Shown here: piece after piece, positions 59,476 to 64,000 of the stretch | How the letters are laid out: every line of letters starts with the position of its first letter | How positions within the stretch are numbered: position 1 is the stretch's first letter | Assembly: GCA_016937155.1 (NCBI GenBank) | Contig: JAFGWM010000032.1 | Span: 11,902 to 75,901, forward strand | Direction of reading: 5' to 3' | DNA from: Deltaproteobacteria bacterium | Lineage (GTDB): Bacteria > Myxococcota_A > Polyangia > HGW-17 | Length of the DNA stretch: 64,000 nt | Made by a program: the position numbers and the translations under genes | Notes under the pieces: model-generated | The model's input: only the letters and a program-made list of their open reading frames with translations | What the model was told of the DNA's origin: nothing | Databases searched by the model: none

Positions 59476-60591
59476 ATGGATAAACAGACATTGTTTGCAA
59501 GTGAAACTGCTGCCCTTGGTATGTTGAAAAAGCGTCTTTTCAATTCTCTTTTGGTATTTGTTCTTCTTGTTATCATTGGCAGTACAGGTTTTTACTTAAT
59601 TGGAGAGCTTTATGTTCCACTTGTTATTCCAGATGGAGGAAACTGGTCTCTGGTGGATTGTATCTACATGATGATGATCACTGTAACAACCACCGGGTAT
59701 GGGGAAGTTCTATCAAGTATGAGTCTTCCGGTTGTAAGGATATATACAACGGTTATGCTGGTTCTTGGTTTGGGTGTTTATGTTAACATTGTTTCAAGTA
59801 TGACGACATTTTTTGTGGAGGGAGCCTTCAGTCATATCACACAGAGGCGTAGAATGCAGAAAAAAATAAGTGAATTAAAGGATCATATAATTGTATGCGG
59901 TCTGGGAAATGAAGGTATTCATATTGTCAAGGAGCTTATTACCACAAGGTGGCACTTTGTGGCCATAGATATTGATGAAAAAAACCTGAAGGATCGCGAG
60001 GGTGAGTTCTCAGATACGGGGAGGCTGCTTTATATTTGTGGTGATGCTCTGGATGATAAAGTTCTTGCTTCTGCTGGAATTGAAAGAGCTTATGGGGTGA
60101 TTTGTGCTCTGCCTCAGGACAAAGACAATCTGTTTGTAACTATAACAGCAAGACAGATGAACAGAAATATCAGAATTGTTTCAAAAGCACTTGATTTGAG
60201 AACTTCAGAAAGAATGAAGGTGGCTGGTGCGGACAGTGTTGTTTCAACAAATTTTATTGGTGGCATGAGAATGGTGAGTGAGATGATTCGGCCTCATGTT
60301 GCACAGTTTCTTGATCTTATGCTTAGGGATCGGGAAAAAAATCTGAGGGTGGAACAGCTGGAAATATCCGGAAAATCATCACTGGCTGGTAAAAAAGTAA
60401 AAGATGCAAATATTAACAGGCAGGGTAAACTGCTTATTATTGCAGTAAAAAATCCTGAAACCGGTCAGTATCTTCATGGTCCTGGTGGTGATTTTGTTCT
60501 TGAAGAAGGTATGATTCTGGTGGTAATGGGAGATCCTGTTGTGGTTAGTAACCTACGGAAAGAACTTTCAGGATTGGATGTAAGAGATTAA
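59476..60591 (+). CDS. Potassium channel with RCK (TrkA-N/TrkA-C) domains
   Basis: Pore TVTTTGYGE, Rossmann motif HIIVCGLG, TrkA-C domain at the C-terminus. Confidence 0.9.
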   Translation: MDKQTLFASETAALGMLKKRLFNSLLVFVLLVIIGSTGFYLIGELYVPLVIPDGGNWSLVDCIYMMMITVTTTGYGEVLSSMSLPVVRIYTTVMLVLGLGVYVNIVSSMTTFFVEGAFSHITQRRRMQKKISELKDHIIVCGLGNEGIHIVKELITTRWHFVAIDIDEKNLKDREGEFSDTGRLLYICGDALDDKVLASAGIERAYGVICALPQDKDNLFVTITARQMNRNIRIVSKALDLRTSERMKVAGADSVVSTNFIGGMRMVSEMIRPHVAQFLDLMLRDREKNLRVEQLEISGKSSLAGKKVKDANINRQGKLLIIAVKNPETGQYLHGPGGDFVLEEGMILVVMGDPVVVSNLRKELSGLDVRD

Positions 60592-60602
60592 GGAGATTTT
60601 TT

Positions 60603-61946
60603 ATGAGGAAACTTTTTGGAACTGATGGAGTCAGGGGTGTTGCCAACCGGCATCCCATGACAACTGATACTGCCTTAAGATTGGGATATGCTGCTGCTCT
60701 GATGTTTAAACCCAAACGAAGAAGAGGTCGGTTTCTAATCGGAAAAGATACCAGACTTTCCTGTTATATGTTTGAAAATGCTATTGCTGCAGGAATTATG
60801 GCGATGGGGGGAGATGTTTTGTTTGTTGGGCCATTACCGACTCCGGCAATTGCTCATCTTACGACTTCAATGAGAGCAGATGCGGGAATAGTAATAAGCG
60901 CCAGTCATAATCCTTATAATCACAATGGTATAAAGTTTTTCTCAGATAAGGGACATAAACTTCCTGATGATATGGAGTTGAAAATTGAGGAGATGATGTA
61001 CAGTGATCAATTGAATTCTCTCATGGCTCAGGGAGAATCTATTGGAAGATCAAAACGAATTGATGATGCCAGTGGGAGATATATCACCTTTTGTAAAAAT
61101 ACTTTCCCTGGAGATCTTACTCTTGATAATGTTCGTATGGTTGTAGACTGTGCTAATGGTGCAGCATACAAAGTTGCCCCCTTGATTTTTCAGGAACTGG
61201 GAGCAGAGGTTTTCAGTACAGGAGTTTCCCCCAACGGTACAAATATAAATTCTCTTGTGGGGGCTCTTTATCCCGAACATACTGCTGAAAGTGTGAAAAA
61301 ATTCAGGGCAGATCTGGGAATAGCACTGGATGGTGACGCTGATAGAGTTATTTTCAGTGATGAAAAGGGTGAGATTGTTGACGGTGATGCAATTCTTGCA
61401 TTGATTGCCACCAGAATGATTAAGGAAGGGACCCTCAGAAAAAAAACACTTGTTTCAACAGTAATGAGTAATCTGGGTCTTGAACATGCATTAAAAAAAG
61501 CTGGTGGAAATCTTGTGAGAACTCAGGTGGGTGATCGATATGTTTTTCAGTCAATGCTTGAGGAGGGATATAATCTCGGTGGTGAGCAGTCCGGGCATAT
61601 TATTCTGAGAGATCATACAACAACTGGAGATGGTATCATTGCAGCTTTACAGGTTCTTTCTATTATGCAAAAGGAAGGTAAACCATTAAGTGAATTGAAA
61701 AAAATTATGACTAAAGTTCCACAGGTTCTTTTGAACATTGATGTACGCGATAAACGTCCTATCGAAGAAATGAAGGAACTCTCAGAATTGATTTCTGAGA
61801 ATGAAAAAATTCTTGGGGATAATGGTCGGATTTATATCAGATACAGCGGTACTGAAATGAAAGTCAGAATTCTGGTGGAAGATACTGATGAAATAAAGGC
61901 AAGGGAAATTGCTGATACATTGGCCGTTGCTTTTCAGAATGGATAG
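60603..61946 (+). CDS. glmM: Phosphoglucosamine mutase
   Basis: [35 protein letters not shown]. Confidence 0.96.
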   Translation: MRKLFGTDGVRGVANRHPMTTDTALRLGYAAALMFKPKRRRGRFLIGKDTRLSCYMFENAIAAGIMAMGGDVLFVGPLPTPAIAHLTTSMRADAGIVISASHNPYNHNGIKFFSDKGHKLPDDMELKIEEMMYSDQLNSLMAQGESIGRSKRIDDASGRYITFCKNTFPGDLTLDNVRMVVDCANGAAYKVAPLIFQELGAEVFSTGVSPNGTNINSLVGALYPEHTAESVKKFRADLGIALDGDADRVIFSDEKGEIVDGDAILALIATRMIKEGTLRKKTLVSTVMSNLGLEHALKKAGGNLVRTQVGDRYVFQSMLEEGYNLGGEQSGHIILRDHTTTGDGIIAALQVLSIMQKEGKPLSELKKIMTKVPQVLLNIDVRDKRPIEEMKELSELISENEKILGDNGRIYIRYSGTEMKVRILVEDTDEIKAREIADTLAVAFQNG

Positions 61947-61954
61947 GTGTGTTT

Positions 61955-62689
61955 ATGAATAATATAAGATTGCACGTGAATGTTGATCATATAGCTACTT
62001 TAAGATCCCAGAGGGGTACAAAATATCCTGATCCTGTTGCAGCGGCATCTATCTGTGAACTTTCAGGTGCTGATGGAATAACTGTACATCTTAGAGAAGA
62101 CCGAAGGCATATTATTGATCGGGATGTGGAGATACTTAGAAAGACTATTTCAACAGTAATGAATCTCGAAATGGCAGTGACAGATGAAATGGTGGGGATA
62201 GCATGTTCTCTAGGGCCGGATATTGTTACTTTGGTGCCGGAAAAAAGAGAGGAAAAAACAACCGAGGGTGGTCTTGATTTAAGGGATAGTAAACTGATGG
62301 ATAAAATTTCATCAGCTATAGAAAAAATGAGAAAAAATGGCATAAAAGTCAGTCTGTTTATCGACCCTGACGTTGATATTGTTGAAATTTCACAAAAAAT
62401 TGGTGCTGACATGATTGAACTTCATACAGGAGATTATACTCTATCTGAGAATTCTGATGAAATCAGGAAACAGCTGCTGAGACTTGAAAATTCAGCTTTT
62501 GCAGCTTCTGAGTGTGGGATTGAACTGGCTGCAGGACATGGTCTGGATTATACAAATGTGAAAGGAATTCTGCATCTGCTTAATCTAAAAGAGCTAAATA
62601 TAGGTCACAGTATTATTTCCAGAGCCGCCCTTTCCGGGCTTGAAAAAGCCGTAAGGGATATGATTTTTCAGATTCGTGGAGGAATATAA
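61955..62689 (+). CDS. pdxJ: Pyridoxine 5'-phosphate synthase
   Basis: VNVDHIATLR, HLREDRRHI, TTEGGLD, ELHTG, AGHGL, ELNIGHSII. Confidence 0.96.
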   Translation: MNNIRLHVNVDHIATLRSQRGTKYPDPVAAASICELSGADGITVHLREDRRHIIDRDVEILRKTISTVMNLEMAVTDEMVGIACSLGPDIVTLVPEKREEKTTEGGLDLRDSKLMDKISSAIEKMRKNGIKVSLFIDPDVDIVEISQKIGADMIELHTGDYTLSENSDEIRKQLLRLENSAFAASECGIELAAGHGLDYTNVKGILHLLNLKELNIGHSIISRAALSGLEKAVRDMIFQIRGGI

Positions 62690-64000
62690 TGAGACTTGTC
62701 AATGCCGCTGAAATGAGATCTCTTGATCAGTATGCCATTAATACTCTGGGAATTCCGGGTGTTGTATTGATGGAACTTGCTGGTAGTGCTACAGCCAGAG
62801 CCATTTCCGAAAGATGGGAAGTAAAAGGATCTTCAGTTGTAGTTGTATGCGGCAAGGGGAACAATGGTGGTGACGGATATGTGGTTGCCAGACATCTTCA
62901 TAACTATGGAGCAATAGTAAATATTATTGCTTTGGGAAACGAAAATGATTCCAGGGGTGAGTCAAAAACCAATCTTGATATTGTAAAGGCGATGAATATT
63001 CCCTTCTTGGAACTCAATGGCACATCAGATATCATGTATGTTGAGGAGTTGTTTTCAGATACTGATTTTATTGTGGATGCTATTTTCGGTATAGGTCTGG
63101 ACAGACCAGTGACAGGACTTCCAAGAGAATTGATAAGTATAATGAATTCAGTTTCTGCGGTTAAGATTTCTGTTGATATTCCATCAGGACTGAGTGCAGA
63201 TACAGGTGAGCCACTTGGGGGTGATGCAGTTCAGAGTGATTTGACGGTAACTTTCGGTTATCCCAAAATAGGTCATTATACTTCTCCAGGATTTGAATAT
63301 TGCGGAGAAATAGTTATAGCTGATATTTCCCTGCCAAGAGTGAACCATGGTGATTCAACAGTGTTTCTCCTTTCAGATCAATGGGTGGCGCACCATATTC
63401 CATATAGGAAAAGAAGCGGTCATAAAGGGACTTTCGGTCACAGTGCTGTTATAGGAGGGAGTATAGGCAAAGTTGGTGCAGCTGTTATGGCAGGTGAGAG
63501 TGCTGTAGCTATGGGTTCAGGTCTGGTGACAATAATTGCCAGAGAAAATATTATGTCAGTTCTTATGACCAGACTGACTGAAGAAATGTGCAGAACACTT
63601 GAAACTGATACTGATTCTCCACAGTGGGAAGAACAGATAAACTGGCTTATTGAAAGAAGTGCTTTGGCAATAGGTCCTGGATTGGGAAAAGATGAATCCG
63701 CAAGAAAACTCCTTATATCCATTCTTGAATCATCAGAACATCCTGTAATTATTGATGCAGATGCTCTGTCAATTGTTGCAGATGATCCCGAAATACTACT
63801 GAAGGCAAAATGTGACGTCATCCTTACACCTCATCCAGGAGAAATGGCAGTACTGACAAAACTTTCCGTTAAGGAAATTCAGGCTTCAAGACATATAATA
63901 GCCAGAGATTTCGCAAAAAAATATAATGTTCACGTGATCTTAAAGGGTGCAAGAACAGTGATAGCAAGTCCAAGAGGGAGAATTGCTGTTAATTCTACAG
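62689..64000 (+). CDS. nnr: Bifunctional NAD(P)H-hydrate epimerase/dehydratase (3'-truncated by window edge)
   Basis: Not in the ORF track. ATG 62689 overlaps the pdxJ stop and reads MRLVNAAEMRSLD...LMELAG...GKGNNGGDG...DIPSG...HKGTFG...IGPGLG...DADAL...TPHPGEM. Confidence 0.93.
   Translation, partial: MRLVNAAEMRSLDQYAINTLGIPGVVLMELAGSATARAISERWEVKGSSVVVVCGKGNNGGDGYVVARHLHNYGAIVNIIALGNENDSRGESKTNLDIVKAMNIPFLELNGTSDIMYVEELFSDTDFIVDAIFGIGLDRPVTGLPRELISIMNSVSAVKISVDIPSGLSADTGEPLGGDAVQSDLTVTFGYPKIGHYTSPGFEYCGEIVIADISLPRVNHGDSTVFLLSDQWVAHHIPYRKRSGHKGTFGHSAVIGGSIGKVGAAVMAGESAVAMGSGLVTIIARENIMSVLMTRLTEEMCRTLETDTDSPQWEEQINWLIERSALAIGPGLGKDESARKLLISILESSEHPVIIDADALSIVADDPEILLKAKCDVILTPHPGEMAVLTKLSVKEIQASRHIIARDFAKKYNVHVILKGARTVIASPRGRIAVNST

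Noticed and set aside
636-63821. Many short antisense or alternate-frame ORFs in the ORF track (e.g. 7877-8374, 18009-18530, 23323-23859, 61987-62412, 63438-63821)
   Set aside because: They lie inside well-supported genes, lack RBSs and motifs, and look like shadow ORFs.

Overview
Gene-dense, AT-rich bacterial chromosomal segment with about 55 CDS. I found no tRNA, rRNA, IS element, prophage or CRISPR array. Housekeeping genes include ftsK, thiC, mutT, grpE-dnaK, murB, rluD-pgeF, rsmI, an rpoH-family sigma factor, fxsA, a purH lacking its N-terminal domain, dacB, ligA and glmM-pdxJ-nnr. They are mixed with many Myxococcota-type genes: a RomX homolog, an SglK-like DnaK, two Hanks-type Ser/Thr kinases, TPR/PEGA proteins, a PilZ protein, and Cys-rich RCC1/EGF/LDLa lipoproteins. 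This suggests a low-GC, probably uncultured Myxococcota/deltaproteobacterial lineage (inference). The most notable unexplained signals are: (1) a ~220-nt structured RNA element at 50074-50295 (minus strand) with its own sigma70-like promoter, internal repeats and a possible anti-SD/anti-anti-SD switch over the downstream pseudouridine synthase RBS; (2) an orphan TIGR04133-like radical SAM/SPASM enzyme and a distant small lipoprotein with a YAAP motif as candidate substrate; (3) a receptor Ser/Thr kinase fused to a periplasmic solute-binding domain next to an NSS transporter; (4) a shared C-D-D plus Asn/Ser/Thr-rich post-lipobox motif on four unrelated lipoproteins; (5) a riboswitch-less thiC with a palindromic operator; (6) an alkyl-DHAP-synthase-like GlcDEF-type cluster. 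All family assignments come from motif recognition, not database searches.
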